From assembly GCA_951406725.2 (NCBI GenBank), contig OX597826.1:5766001-5830000 (forward strand): DNA of 64,000 bases. Reading direction: 5' to 3'. Below, piece after piece: positions 12,561 to 26,656 of this stretch (its first letter is position 1; every line of letters begins with the position of its first letter). Position numbers and translations under genes: made by a program. The DNA comes from Octopus vulgaris (taxonomy: Eukaryota). The notes below the pieces were generated by a model. That model made no database searches. It was not told the origin of the DNA and worked only from the letters and a program-made list of their open reading frames with translations.

Positions 12561-13787
12561 TTACGGTAGTACTTGTCATTTCTGTAAAATTGAAGAAATT
12601 TCTACGGATAGCGTTTTAGTATTTATACATATTTCGTAACATTTTATTTATTTCTAACTTTTGACATCAGTAAAAAATAAAAATGTCACTAAATGTTTTA
12701 TTCAAAATGCTTAATTGAAAATTCAAAAAAAATTCAACATCGCACGGTAATAATGCAACCGCCACATTTTTGATTTCACTGAACAAAAAGCGACATATTT
12801 AAAAAAATAAAAGCTGTTTAGTAAACACACAGTAAATTCAATTTTACATGTGATCTATGTATTGTTTATCTGTCTTTCCATCAAAGGAGTATGGATGATG
12901 TTGATGTAAGGATATCATATTCGATCAGCAGATTCTGTTCCCTTGCTAGCTCATTCCAGAAGTCCCTATACACGTAACATATGTCGGTAGAAGTTACTAT
13001 TTCGAATAATTGCAGCAAAGACACTATGTACGTAACCAACGTCTGTACAAGTAACTAGTTTGAATAGTAGCAGCAACGTAATGGCACAATGTCGTAAATT
13101 CTATAAGTGTATTCCTTATTCAGGATGTTAATGATATTAAAGTTATTCTTGCCAGCGAAAATCGTTGAGTAATCCAAATTATATTAGCGATGAGTCGTAG
13201 CTTTCCACTTCTATGGTGGTCATTCTTGGAGCAATAAGTAACTAAAGAATGATTCCCCTTCTATGCCCCTATATCGCCCAAATCTAATCCAGAACTAACC
13301 TCAGATAAGATGTTCCAACTCTAACGATTTGCTTCGTCTTTGTAATTCTAGGCATTAAATACACTCAACTTGTGTAAATATTGCTAATCTTTTAGTAGTT
13401 ATATATGGGTGGTTCCCATTTATCTGAGTGGGGATTGGTCTTGACATAGCGTATATAAATGAATTACTGATGAAACAGCACTTATATTTTAAGCTTCAGG
13501 CCAGGCCAGTGAATCCAAGATCAGCACCAGAGGAATGTGAGTTCGAAACTGACAGAGATGCAATTTAATAATTTCTCTCGTTTATTGTAAATTATGCACC
13601 ATCTACAAAACAAGAGATATTCTGCATCAGCAAAATTTACAACACGTAATCCGATGTATTTAGTATGTTGTTTTTAATTCGAGCTTTGATAAACTGAAGC
13701 AAAAAAGGTTGTATTTATGTCCTCACGTTCTTCCAGTCTATGGAGCTAGAATGGCTAATGAAGGTTATTAATATAAAATATAGAATA

Positions 13788-13997
13788 AAGGCGACGGTCT
13801 GGCAGAATCGTTAGCATAACGGGTTAAATGCTTAGCAGTATTTCGTTCGTCTTCGCATTCCAATTTCAAATTCCGCCGAGGTCGAATTTGCCTTTCATCA
13901 TTTCAGGGTCGATAAAATTAGTACCAGCTGAGCAAGAGGATCGATGTAGCCGACTTCCATCTCCCACCCCACCCAAATCGCTGACCATATGACAAAC
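13788..13997 (+). mobile_element. SINE family A, older alternative-tail copy
   Basis: aaggcgacggtctggcagaatcgttagc...ttcaaattccgccgaggtcgaatttgcctttcatc...gtcgataaa. Confidence 0.82.
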
Positions 13998-14019
13998 CAA
14001 AATTTTGGATCACTATGAT

Positions 14020-14422
14020 AGATACTATCCGCCACGACCTGAAAATGATTCTATGATTTGGCAGATGTAACCCTCAATTTTACGACGAGAAGGTCTCCGA
14101 ATACCTCATTGATCTTAGCCTCCAGCTCGGTTTTGGCGTTGCCGTTATAGCTGTTGTCTTTCTCAAAAGTGCCCACCACATACTAATCCATGAGATTACA
14201 TTCGAGAGAATCAAGAGTCAAGAAGTTATGTGAAACATTCTCCGTTAATAATTGTTAACCACCTCCGGATGTATGGTTAAGATCGGAATCCTGCTACCAC
14301 ATATATGACCATCGAGGTTCAATACTCTACAGGCAGGGATTGACATTGTCGTCTGAATTGAGACTAAAGCCCTGTTTTAAGATATGGGGCGATATGAGTT
14401 CACCCTCACTGGAAACACACAC
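14020..14422 (-). pseudogene. maT (DD37D-type) Tc1/mariner transposase relic
   Basis: Manual translation: CVSSEGELISPHILKQGFSLNSD...YMW*QDSDLNHTS...LTEN...DSLECNLMD*YVVG.FEKD; resembles maT motifs VSSEGDVMPPH, YVWQQDSAPCHTS and NSPDCNPLDYYVWG. Confidence 0.75.
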
Positions 14423-15912
14423 ATCACCACCACACTTTCAGGAAGTTGGTTTTCATTATATCCATGTCACGTCTTACGGCATGTACAGCGTTCACAAAGC
14501 ATTGAGCAGCTGGATTAAAGACAAATGAGTACTGCACTCGATTCATTCGACTGAAATACTGAAAAGCAGCGCCCACTCATGACCACAATCTAATGAGTGA
14601 AGCAATTAATTTAAAAAAAAATAAATAACTGCACTTCTACAACACTTAGTATCATCGTATTCTGTAATATATTTTAAAGTTTCTAAATTCATTGTAAATA
14701 TAAACTAATTTAAACATTTTGATGCACGAAAATCTATAACATTTGTCCACTAGATTATCTTCGATTCAAGCCATCACGACAATGAAGAACACAACCTCCT
14801 CTCTTGTGAGTCTGATAAATCTACGTTTTTACTCTGTTTTATGGGCTACTTTCTGTAAGAAATTAGCGAATAATTTGATGGAGATAGAGCAACTACTTCT
14901 AGCAAGCATCTGACGAAGCTGTCGCTCCGCTATTGAGTAAATTAGCTCGCATCTGGAAGGATCTGATATATTATGAACATTTATTTATTTAGACGTATTC
15001 AACGTTCTAATGTCAATTGATACCGTTTTTCCAGGCCACCTTCTGAGGCGAAGTTAAGCGCCGGATGTACTTACACACTAATAAGTCTAAGATAATAAAT
15101 TCTTACACAATGAGTATATTCTGCCACCTGGTAGAAGTCAAGCTCCTTGAATTGTGTTTATGTTACGGAGATTTACTCGACAGCTTCATGTGACAGCTGG
15201 GCCCATATTAACACGTAGAGAATATGAAAATATTAAAGAACTAATATGTGTTAAAATTAAAGGGTTAATGTTTACTGAAGGAAAAAAAAAATCATAGTTT
15301 GGACCGTACAATAAATATTTACGATGGGTAGAGCTCCAGTTTATTCATGATCAACTGAAAATTATCACTTACAGAGAGACCGCTGGGAAGCATTATCTCA
15401 TGTTCCTAAACATAAATATATATATATGTATATATAACCAGTGTCAAATCAGGGACAAAATTTATGTTTTAAGAGAAATGAAATGTTTATGTGCACGCGT
15501 ATATACGCGTATACAAGCATAGATATGCGAACAAATAATCACCCATAGAAAATAAGATGAATGTGTTATGGATTTCGTTTCAAAGCAAATATTTTTCTTG
15601 GACAGATGTCTTCTATGTAGCATAGAGCGGAGTGAATAATTCTGGATACAAGTGACCTAACGGGAAATGTAAGTAGTTCAACATAACAAGACGTATGCAG
15701 CAGTAATATAACAGGAGATTTGCTCAGTTTCCGTTATATGCTTTTAATGCACTCTGCCATCATTTTTCCTTTACATGCTCATATATGCATATATATATAT
15801 ATATATATATTAAGGAGATATACTTATATATATATATATATATATATTAAGGAGATATACTTGCATAGCAAGTGACTTGATCTGAGATCGTGTGCTGGAA
15901 CAAAAGTAGTTT

Positions 15913-16187
15913 CAGCATGGAAGGTGTTTATAAGCTATTTAAGAAACACACAAAAAGCGTTAGATTTAATTCAACATTCAAATTTAAGATGCCAAAGTAT
16001 TTTCGTCGCTTTGAGAGAGCGGCCTGTTCCCGGACAAAATTTCGTGCAGTACCGAATTTTGTCACTCAGCAGGTCGCGGTCTCAAAGCAACAAAAATATT
16101 TAATTTGGCGAATTAAATTTAAATGCTGAAGCCAATGAAACGGATTTTATGTGTTTGCTATATGGCTTATTAACACCTTCCACACTG
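15913..16187. mobile_element. ~275-bp fold-back element within (TA)n; each arm has a hammerhead-like motif
   Basis: Arms cagcatggaaggtgtttataagc...gacaaaatttcgt / accgaattttgtc...gcttattaacaccttccacactg, centre ~16047; (TA)n at ~15791-15848 and ~16194-16235. Confidence 0.85.
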
Positions 16188-16189
16188 CA

Positions 16190-16236
<47 letters not shown>

Positions 16237-17484
16237 TTATATTAAAGCTGCAGCTAGAAGTTTAAGGTTCCCTTTCGTCAGACAGATGTAATCAATATAA
16301 TCATATTACGCTAGCTTATGTCATCGAGTTATATTTTTTCCTCACTTTAAACATAGTAAATATTTTGATACAAATAAAATTTAAATGAACATATATTAAC
16401 GTCAAATAAAATACCATATATATAAGGGGTTCCTACACATGTTTCAATCTGGTCATTATGTAAACAGTACTTCGGAATATTCGAACCATGTTAATAGTTT
16501 TAGACGTAAAATATTACAACAAATTGACCAGGTGTCATCAGGGCTATATAATTCAAAAGACTAAAGCTTAAATATTTTCCACAGGAATATAAGGTGGTGG
16601 TAAAGAGCTTTCTAGAGAAGTTGGACGATGATTAGATATTCATATGTTGAGTATCTATGTAATGTAAACATTAGTTTGTGAGAAAAAAAAGAGGGGTCAC
16701 CGATTAAGTAAGAGTGGGAGGTATTAGCTCATCAAAATTTTCTAAAAACCTTTTCTAGGATTTTAAAAGAAGACGGTTATGTGTTTAGATGGACAGTATC
16801 CAACCATTGAATAGAATATATAAATGTTTAAGGGTTGTGAGAGACATAATGTAATTAGGAAGCAATATTGTGTATTCGTTAAGTAAAAAGATTGAATTAA
16901 AGAAGAAAAATAAGAAATAGGGAGGGGTGCGAAAAGAAATTTAAAAAATTGATAATATAGAAAGTAAAAAATTGCTTGGGGAAGAAATAACGAAATGAGA
17001 TTATTGTGAAACCAATAAGTGATTAGAAAGATATAATAAAAAGTGTATGTGCAGATTTTAATATTTATTATAAATTATTGCCTAAGACGGAATAAGCTAT
17101 ATTTTATACTTAGGTAACTATGGACAGGAAATGAATTAAATAAATTATTTTCTCTCCTTTTCTTATTGTGATAATTGTATGTTAGACTGTTTATCCCTAT
17201 ATATTGAGACGATTCTCCCAATATATCAATGATAACACCAGTTGATTTCTGGATTTTATATATCCGCAACTGAATATATATAGAGATAGATAGATAGATA
17301 TATACATACATACATAAATAAATAGATAGCTATGTATGTATGTATGGACAGCTGATGAAGGGGAATATTCCTTGTATTGTTTGTCTTGTACTCTGTTTTT
17401 TCGTTGTTAAAAAAGTCCGTTACCTAGTTTGTTTTTATGTTTTCGTTTCTGGTTGAGTTCTACGTTTATTTGTGGTGTCCAGTA

Positions 17485-17542
<58 letters not shown>

Positions 17543-17980
17543 TGTATATATATATATATAGATGTATGTACGTACATATATGTAGATGTAGGTATGCATA
17601 TATGTATGTATTTATGCATAAATTATTATATATATATATATATTATATATATATATATATATATTCATTTTTTTTTTTGCTTTTATTTGCCGGTGGACCA
17701 CCTTGTAAGGATTTAGTTGAAGAAATTGATTCTAGGACTTATTCTTTGCAAACGTGGAATTTATTCTATTATTGTCTTTTGACGAACTGCTAATTTACGG
17801 AGATTCGCTTTTTCTCTCGTAAAGATTTATGAATGTAGTTCCTTATGTTGGGCAATGGTGAGTGAGGGGACAACTGTGGAGGGAGGTGTTTGTGTAGGGC
17901 ACACGAGTGTGTGGTTGATCGTACCTATTAGTGTGGTTGTGGACCGTTCTGTGAGCGACTGTATATGTTCGTATATATGT

Positions 17981-18034
<54 letters not shown>

Positions 18035-18251
18035 ATGCCTGAGTGTTCATTTCTGCATATGCGTTCCCGTGTGTGTGTGTGTGTGTTTGTGTGTGTACGT
18101 GCACACTTGCGTGTGTGCGGTGTTGCTAGTTCTTTGAATGGGTAAACATCGGTGAGTATGTCAGCGTATGTGTCTTCACGTGTGAATGTATGATGTGCGT
18201 GTGTAAAGGGGGGGGGGGCCCTTGTATGTTATCCGTGTTCTTGTGTGAGTA

Positions 18252-18572
<321 letters not shown>

Positions 18573-18628
18573 TTGTTAATTAATAAGGCATTAAAACAGA
18601 ATGTTTCTCGCAGAGACAATAATATACG

Positions 18629-18676
<48 letters not shown>

Positions 18677-18728
18677 GTGTGTGTGTGTGTATGTGTGTGT
18701 GTGTGAGTGTGTATGTATATACATATTA

Positions 18729-18892
18729 CGACATGATTCTTTCCATTTTTTTCTCCCAGATCAGCTCACAAGTATTTGGTCAATCTGGGACTATTGTCAA
18801 AGACACCTGCCGAAACTGCCACGGAGTAGGACTGAACCCAGTACCATGCAGTTGGGAGTCAATCTTCTTACCGCGCATTTACGTTTGCGCCT
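18729..18892 (-). mobile_element. SINE family B, old 5' half
   Basis: Degenerate reverse complement of head (actgaacccagtaccatgcagttggg...cttaccgc). Confidence 0.65.
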
Positions 18893-19955
18893 TCTTTATA
18901 AACGTATAACTATTTGTATCTATTTGTTTACTTCTGCGTATGCATGTATTTTGTTATTGTTCAGTGTTGCATTTGATATGTAACATTTTTATCACACAGT
19001 GTATTAATTTGCAACTCTCTCTCTCTCTCTCTGAGACATCGTGGCCTAATTATCTATAAATTACGTTGTAGTCTAGGCCGAAAATCTTTCAAGTGTTGAC
19101 ATTGGCCTAAACAACAAGCAGACAGGTGTCTACAAATCCCATATCAATATTCACTTTACATCTAGGAGAAATTGATAGTCTACAGATGTGAGTTAATTTC
19201 ATCTTGTCAAATATTTAACGTGAACCTACTGTCAGATAGTAACACTTTGCTGGCAAAATTCCATTTGTATCAACCATGATAACTTTATCTGTTAAGGTTG
19301 TCTATTATGAACTATTTATTACACGATTTGATCTTCAAGATTATCGACAGACATGTTACAGACAACATTGTTTCTGTAAGATAGCTCTGGCAATTTCGCA
19401 ACCAGTTAGGAAAGTGTTTGATTGCCAGAATAATCAACTACAAAAGCGTAATTTTATTCTCGAATAATGCCATTGTTTGTAGCCTGATTCACTATAATAT
19501 TATTATTGTGGTTCATTTTCACTTCTTCGCAAGAGATCGTGAATAGCCATTCTCTACATGCGTTTCTGTCGCTGTTTCCTAATCTCTCTGTCGCACTGAC
19601 AGTGTTTACTGCCATTGCTATGACAGTAATTTGTTTCGGTCGTTCAAATTTAACCGTAATTGCCATGTTTAATATTGTTTATATGAAACGTGTTTCTTGT
19701 TAGAACTAAAATACTCATGTATTTGATTATTCCATACTCTCTTTTACTCTTTTACTCTTCTATTTCTTTCAGTCATTTGACAGCAGCGAAGATGGAGCAC
19801 CGCCTTTAGTAGAGCAAATCTACCCCAGGACTTATTATTTGTAAGTCTGGTACTTATTCTATCGGTCTCTTTTGCCGAACCGCTAGCTTACGGGGACGTA
19901 AACACACCAGCATCGCTTGTCAAGCGATGTTGGGGCGACAAACACAGACACACAA

Positions 19956-20027
<72 letters not shown>

Positions 20028-20806
20028 ACACATATACATATACATATATACGACTTGCTTCTTTTCACTTTCCGTCTACCAAATCAACTCACAAGGCTTC
20101 GGTACACCCGAGGCTATACAATAAGACACTCGACCAAGGTGCCACGCAGTGGGACTCAACCTGGAACCATGTGGTTGGTAATCAAGCTACTTACCACACA
20201 GACACTCCTAGCAAAACTTCATTTGGATACAGAAATTCTTGAAGAATATATATGATACATAATTTTGGGACTGTTCTGATTACGAAATTTCCCTAGAAAA
20301 GAGCGATGAAATGCAACATTCAGCAGCTGTCAGATATCATTCCTCCAATCAAGAATACGAATACATGGAATTGTATATGTGTGTATGTATGTATGTATGT
20401 ATGTATGTATGTATGTATGTATGTATGTATGTATGTATGTATGTATGTATGTATGTATCTATGTATGTATGTATGTAGTTTCAAGTTAAATATTTGACAA
20501 GATGAAATTAACTCACACCTGTAGACAATCAATTTCTCCTAGATATAAAGTGAATATTGGTATGTGATTGTAGACACCTGTCTAATTATTGTTTAGGCGA
20601 ACGTCAGTGCTTGGAAGACATTTTGGCCTAGACTACAACGTAATTGATAGATAATTATGCCACGATGTCTGATACCATCTTACAAGTTAATACACTGTTT
20701 GAGAAAAGTGTGACATAATAAACGCAGACTATTTCCAAAGAAGGTGCAATCGTCGATGCGTGGTAAGAGGCTTCCTTTGCAACCGCATGGTACTGGGTTC
20801 AATCCC
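18831..20806. repeat. Inverted duplication: arms ~18831-19229 and 20475-~20806, 1.25-kb spacer
   Basis: 19034-19229 is the reverse complement of 20475-20670 (about 22 differences in 196 bp by eye); weaker similarity continues outward through unique sequence into a shared SINE head. Confidence 0.92.
19735..20209 (-). mobile_element. SINE family B, full length
   Basis: tRNA-like head (ggagtgtctgtgtggtaagtagc...ggttgagtcccact), CORE-like ccttggtcgagtgtctt, internal (TA)n(TG)n, tail of (aagagta)-type repeats. Confidence 0.92.
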
Positions 20807-21040
20807 ATGCATATATGTATATATAAGTATTTGTATGTATGTGTGTATGCATGCATACATAGATAGACACATACCTGTAGTATCCATGTGTAGGAAAAGA
20901 ATATAGAACAGGATAATATCCATGACAAAGGATACAAAAATGTTCCTGGAGTTCTTGACATTGGTTATTTGTCATGCAGCTTAAATCTTAAATGACACTG
21001 GACGCGTATGTATATTATGTATATATCTACATGTTTATCT

Positions 21041-21370
<330 letters not shown>

Positions 21371-23807
21371 TATGTATGTATGTATGCAATAATTAGAACG
21401 TTAGAATATAAAATGTACAGCGTGAGTGACAACTCTTAGCAGTCATAGTAGTTAAATACAAATTGATGCGCCCGAATAATATATCCGTCTAAAGAAACAC
21501 ACGTGCGCACCCAGGCACGTACACACGTACACGTCTGCATGTGCTTGCGCGTATGAGTGGAGTTCTATATGTTTGTATGTGTGTACGTGTGCAGACAGGC
21601 ATGTACAGTTATATACATCTATTTGGGATTGGATACAAATGTAAACGGTTAAATTGCAATAAAAAATATAGACACATAACAGCTGCCCTTATGAATGCGC
21701 CAATCTACATATAGAATTTTGGGAATGGGCTTATGGTGTGGTTTTGTTTTATTGGTGTATGTACTTAAAGTTTCGGACGGAAAGTTTACTTGCTTGCAAC
21801 ATGAAATGAGCTGTTTTTGCGTTGAACATAATGTGAAGGCTAAAGAGGATCACACTTTCGATCCCTGACATGGAGAGTGACCATCATTTGGAAGCTGGTT
21901 TGTAATATTGTTTCTACACTGAATGTTGCAGTCATTTAATGTTCAAACGTCATTCGTTCGTCTATTATATAAATTTTGCATCTCCAAAATAGAACCGTAC
22001 TCATATATCTAGATTTTAATCAAAATAGATTTTACCATATATTTACCTACCATCAACACTCGTATACGCTGTCTACATTAAGTGCTACTTGTAAAACAAG
22101 AAATATAGAAACAAACCTTGGAAAACATCCCAGGCGCTCAGTCACACACAGCCTGAACCCTTTCAATCCGTACTTATAGCCTCTCAGTATATCTATTTCT
22201 AAAATATTACTCGAAACGAATTTTCCTGAACTCTGAAGAATCCAATCGTCACCATGTGGCAGTCACCAATTCCAACAATATATTGTTGTACAGCGAAGTT
22301 ATTGGCTTCTGTCATTCAAGCAGTGCATAATATTTCCATACAAAATATACATAGACACATTAAACACTCACCCCCACCATATATATATATATGATAAAGA
22401 TAGGTAGGTACAGATATACATGTAAACTTGCACATGTATATGTATGTATATATGTATATGTATGCATGTATATATATATATATATATATATATATGCAAA
22501 CACACACATGTATTTGTATGTATATATATCCATACATACATACATATATTTACATACATACGTACAGTCATACATATATACAGTCATGCATATAAATTCT
22601 TGTCTGTATCTAGATGTGCACTTTTAAATAAAAGCGAGTGGAAATAGTTTGAACATTATTTTCTGAATAAAGAAGATACGTCTGTTATTTCCGAGAATTA
22701 AATTTGCATCAAATGCATTAAAAAGTGTTTTATTTGTTTTAAAGCTATTATTCTACCATTGTGGTCATAATGTAACATTTAAAGGAAGCGGATGGCTATG
22801 CCGCATAAAAATGAATCAATATATGAGTAGAACTAGTTTTATACAATTTCATTATATCAACATATCATTGTTTCTTCTACGTTTTATAGAATCGGAAAGA
22901 GAAAACAGAAATATAGAGTGTAATGGGCGATGAAAGAAATAGAAAACGAGAACAGAAGAAGAGCGAATGAGGATGAAAAAGAAATGGAAAACATATCGAA
23001 AACCTGTAGGGTTAAAAATAAAAATATAGCTGAAATAATATAAACCAAGCGTATAATAAAGGTTTCGCAGAATTTGAAATGTCAGTCCTTATGTGAGTCA
23101 TTTCTGCAAATACACTTGACATTCTCAGACAATTCCGAACCAAATCATTCTAAACTCAACTATGAACATTGATATAAATTTGTTTATACTTTGTTGAACA
23201 CTTGTTGGGTTCAATATACGTTTTCATCCTTCAATTCTTTCTCTTCAAACCTATCTATCAATATTTTTCATATCATTTCATGTCTATGTTTCTATATATT
23301 ATATTTGAATGTTTTACGAATTTTAACTGGTTTAGCATAAATAACTTACTCGCTAAATCCTTTGCACACATCCGCATTGTCTGTTATATAAACTTGGTAA
23401 TATACTTCGAAAATTGTTAATACGAATTCTGATATATATCATTTATTGCTTCGTGTATATCTCATGTATTTTATGCTCTGTTATAAACATGTATAAAGTA
23501 ATCAAATATCTGTGCGTGTTTTGGGTTTTGTATGTATTAATACTCGTTTCTATTTCAAATGGAGAGCATGAAATTTTAGCATTAAGCTGAAACTCAATAC
23601 TGTTTTAGTAGAGTGCATATTTAAAACCTTTTACAAGGTAGGTCGATAATAACTTCCAAAATTTCGAATTGCTTGCCTACACCAATCATCCGAAACTTTA
23701 AAGTCAGTGTCACCTCTCTCTTCTCACAAGGTGAGAGACAGTGGTTTAGGAGATTCAGTTGGCTAGCTTTCGGGTCGGCCCCCGTCAGTAATATGAGGGA
23801 TATTTTA

Positions 23808-24040
23808 AGGCGGCGAGCTGGCAGAAACGTTAGCACGCCGGGCGAAATTCTTAACAGTATTTCGTCTGCCGCTACGTTCTGAGATCAAATTCCGTCGAGG
23901 TCGACTTAGATTTTCATCTTTTCGGGGTCGATTAAATAAGTACCAGTTACGCACTGGGGTCGATGTAATCGACTTAATCCTTTTGTCTGTCCTTGTTTGT
24001 CCCCTCTATGTTAGCCTCTTGTGGGCAATAAAGAAATAAG
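23808..24040 (+). mobile_element. SINE family A, full length
   Basis: Complete head to tail (...gtgggcaataaagaaataag); imperfect TSD agtaatatgagggatat (23787-23803) / agtaatatgggaaatat (24039-24055). Confidence 0.95.
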
Positions 24041-24514
24041 TAATATGGGAAATATCGACATATGCAGGTGTATCAAATAGCGTACAACATAAATTTGGGT
24101 TTTGTTATAACTATCTCCACCACGAGACGATATGTCACATATACCAAATACCAACAAGAACAGCTCGCACTAAGAATCTATTCTCAAGAATCTATTCTCA
24201 AGATATACTCTCAAGAATCAAGAATTCTTCAATGAAAACGCTGTAAAGCAAGAAGGCAGCAATACTGACTGATAGTAAGTGAGCAAATTTGTTTTTTTCT
24301 ACCTCGATAGGCGTCTTCAACATTACGTGCCTTTACAAACCAAGCCACACACACGCACGCACACATATGTATATATATGTAAAAAGAATAAAACAGATTT
24401 ATGGAATGAAATAAAGAATAGAAATGAACAAAATGGCGTGTCTGAGCGTGCAGTGCCGTGTATCGGATTATAAATGCTATATTTCGTTTCGTTCCAATAG
24501 TATTTGTATTAATA

Positions 24515-25160
24515 TGAATGCGTCATAAGTATTTATCGTTTTCCTTGTTTTACTCCTCCTCTAGAAATTGTCATAACATTTTTTTTTATAAACCCGAATA
24601 ATATATAATCTCTTTGGAGACATATAAAGATGGAGAACCAAGTAGAAAAAGAAACGAGCATTTTTGACCTCCGCTATTTTGTAGTGTCACCGAAATTTCA
24701 ATCCATTCAAAACGTTTTATTCTTATTGAAAAAACTGCAGAAAAATGCTTTTCACACTTCAAAAATTGCTCAAGTTCCGACCTATTTGATCAGTTAAGAG
24801 AAATTCGATATACTGAGTACGTCTACTAGTGATTTCGCGCTGCTGGTCGGGATGTTCTCAATCAATGGACGATGCAGTTGAATAGACCAGACCAATAACA
24901 CGGTGTGTATTCTTCAACACTACAATGCTCACCAGCAAAAGTGGTATTCAAAAGCTTAGTTGGGAAATTGTACCACACAAACCATATTCCATTGACATAG
25001 AGCCGACATATTATCACCTCCAAAAGTCAGGGAGGTGACTTAGAGCCGAAAACATATCTCGATGAATTCTTCAAGTCAATATTTGGTGGTTTCTCCCGAC
25101 AAGACATTGATAATTTATCAAGTAGTCGGAATCGTTACAGGCGAATATATTATTGATTGG
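24515..25160 (+). mobile_element. Highly decayed mariner element
   Basis: MENQVEK start at ~24630; ILQHYNAH, IQKLSWEIVPHKPYSIDIEPTYYHL, LDEFFKS and GEYIID fragments matching the mariner C-terminus. Confidence 0.72.
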
Positions 25161-25189
25161 TGTTAAATTGTTGATGCAAAGTAATGATC

Positions 25190-25920
25190 AGCGATCTGGA
25201 GCATTTAACGACTTGGATAAAGACTCGTGTGCCTAATAATTTAACGGACAAACATGCAATGGCCTCATTCCAATCTGCTATTCCCCGCTCAAACGCAACA
25301 AATTGACCCGTTTTTGAAAAGAACGATCACAGGATATAAAAAAACGGATTGCTTACAACTATGAGGAGTGAAAAAATTTGAGGAGAATAGGAAGTGAACT
25401 ACCTTGAATAGATCTAAAATGCGGTCAGTATGCGAAGAAGCGTGCAATAAGAATGGAAACGTTTATTACCAGCGCTTTCTGCAAAATAAGACGTTGAATT
25501 CAGATAAATATTGTTCTACTTGAGACCAATTGATGGGGGAGATCGATGAAAAAGTCCCGAATTGACCGGTCAGAATTATGATGTCTTCTCTAGGACATTA
25601 CTAGACTTCATGCTCTTCCTGTAGCTAGAACTTGATACCTTGCACGATGTACCCAGCTGTCTTTTCACATTCGGATAACCATTTAGTTTGATCCGGAAAA
25701 AAATTCGCTTATTTTGAAGACCTAAATCTATTTTAGACCACCTCATGACCTATAAATAAGCCAAGATCTGAGAAGATAATCACATGAAGCCGCCTTAATG
25801 ATGGCAAAAATTATGAAATAAAATGAGACATATATGGTTGAATCAAATTTTGTGCAAATAACTAAACATTGTCTTTGGGTTTTAATTGAAAACTACGAAC
25901 AATTGTTCCAAAAAACATAT
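25190..25920 (+). mobile_element. Second decayed mariner element
   Basis: Fragments resembling WVPHEL, DPFLKRTITG(DEKW), LQNKTLNSDKYC, SDNHL and terminal NETYMVE. Confidence 0.68.
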
Positions 25921-26513
25921 ATTGTTCTCTATTTGTTTTCAACAAAGTTTCACCCTTCCCAATTTGACAAATACTTTAGAAATATTAAACTTATGTTCTG
26001 TAGTATATCTGTCCATAAGTTATGGAATTGCACCTTACAGAGGCGGAACTGTAATATATAATATATTCTATTTGTAGAATTTTGCTTCACAATTATAGAG
26101 CTGTTACGTATGTATGTTAGTAATCCTGCGAATGTCAGCAAATCATTGAAATTGTCTACGTAGTTTGTTTCAAATTTAGCAATCTATATAATTCAGTTTT
26201 CTTTGACTACTTCATTTTTTGTTTATTCTCATTCACTCAGTGATTCTATTATCCTTGTGACGGAATAAGAAATTTACTCACAATCAATTATAATTAGTTA
26301 ACCAAAAAAAAATGTTTGTTTTATGGCTGAGGGTAGAACGTTCAATTGAAAGAAAAGAGAGAAGATAAAATGCTACATTTTATAATCGATTATTTCAATG
26401 AGTTAGCAGACGGAAAAACTATAAATATGTCTCTTCAATTTAAAAATGTAACTTCTCTTTATTTTTGCTTAACGTGTAAAGAAATCTTATTTAAAAGAAA
26501 TAAGAAGAATTAC

Positions 26514-26537
26514 AATAATAATAATAATAATAATAAC

Positions 26538-26635
<98 letters not shown>

Positions 26636-26656
26636 TAATAATAATAATAATAATAA
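26514..26656. repeat. (AAT)n microsatellite
   Basis: Near-perfect tract of about 47 units. Confidence 0.97.

Noticed and set aside
15250-15270. AAAGGG-TTAA resembling a piggyBac end
   Set aside because: No partner TIR or transposase remnant found.
16560-17070. Purine-rich stretch with faint peptide resemblance to retroelement proteins
   Set aside because: No convincing motif on manual translation.
17345-17490. CTGATGAAGG next to a microsatellite
   Set aside because: No matching stem II closure plus GAAA found downstream; at most a fragment.
24170-24230. Short repeated aagaatctattctc units
   Set aside because: Simple 14-bp slippage repeat without spacers; not CRISPR-like.
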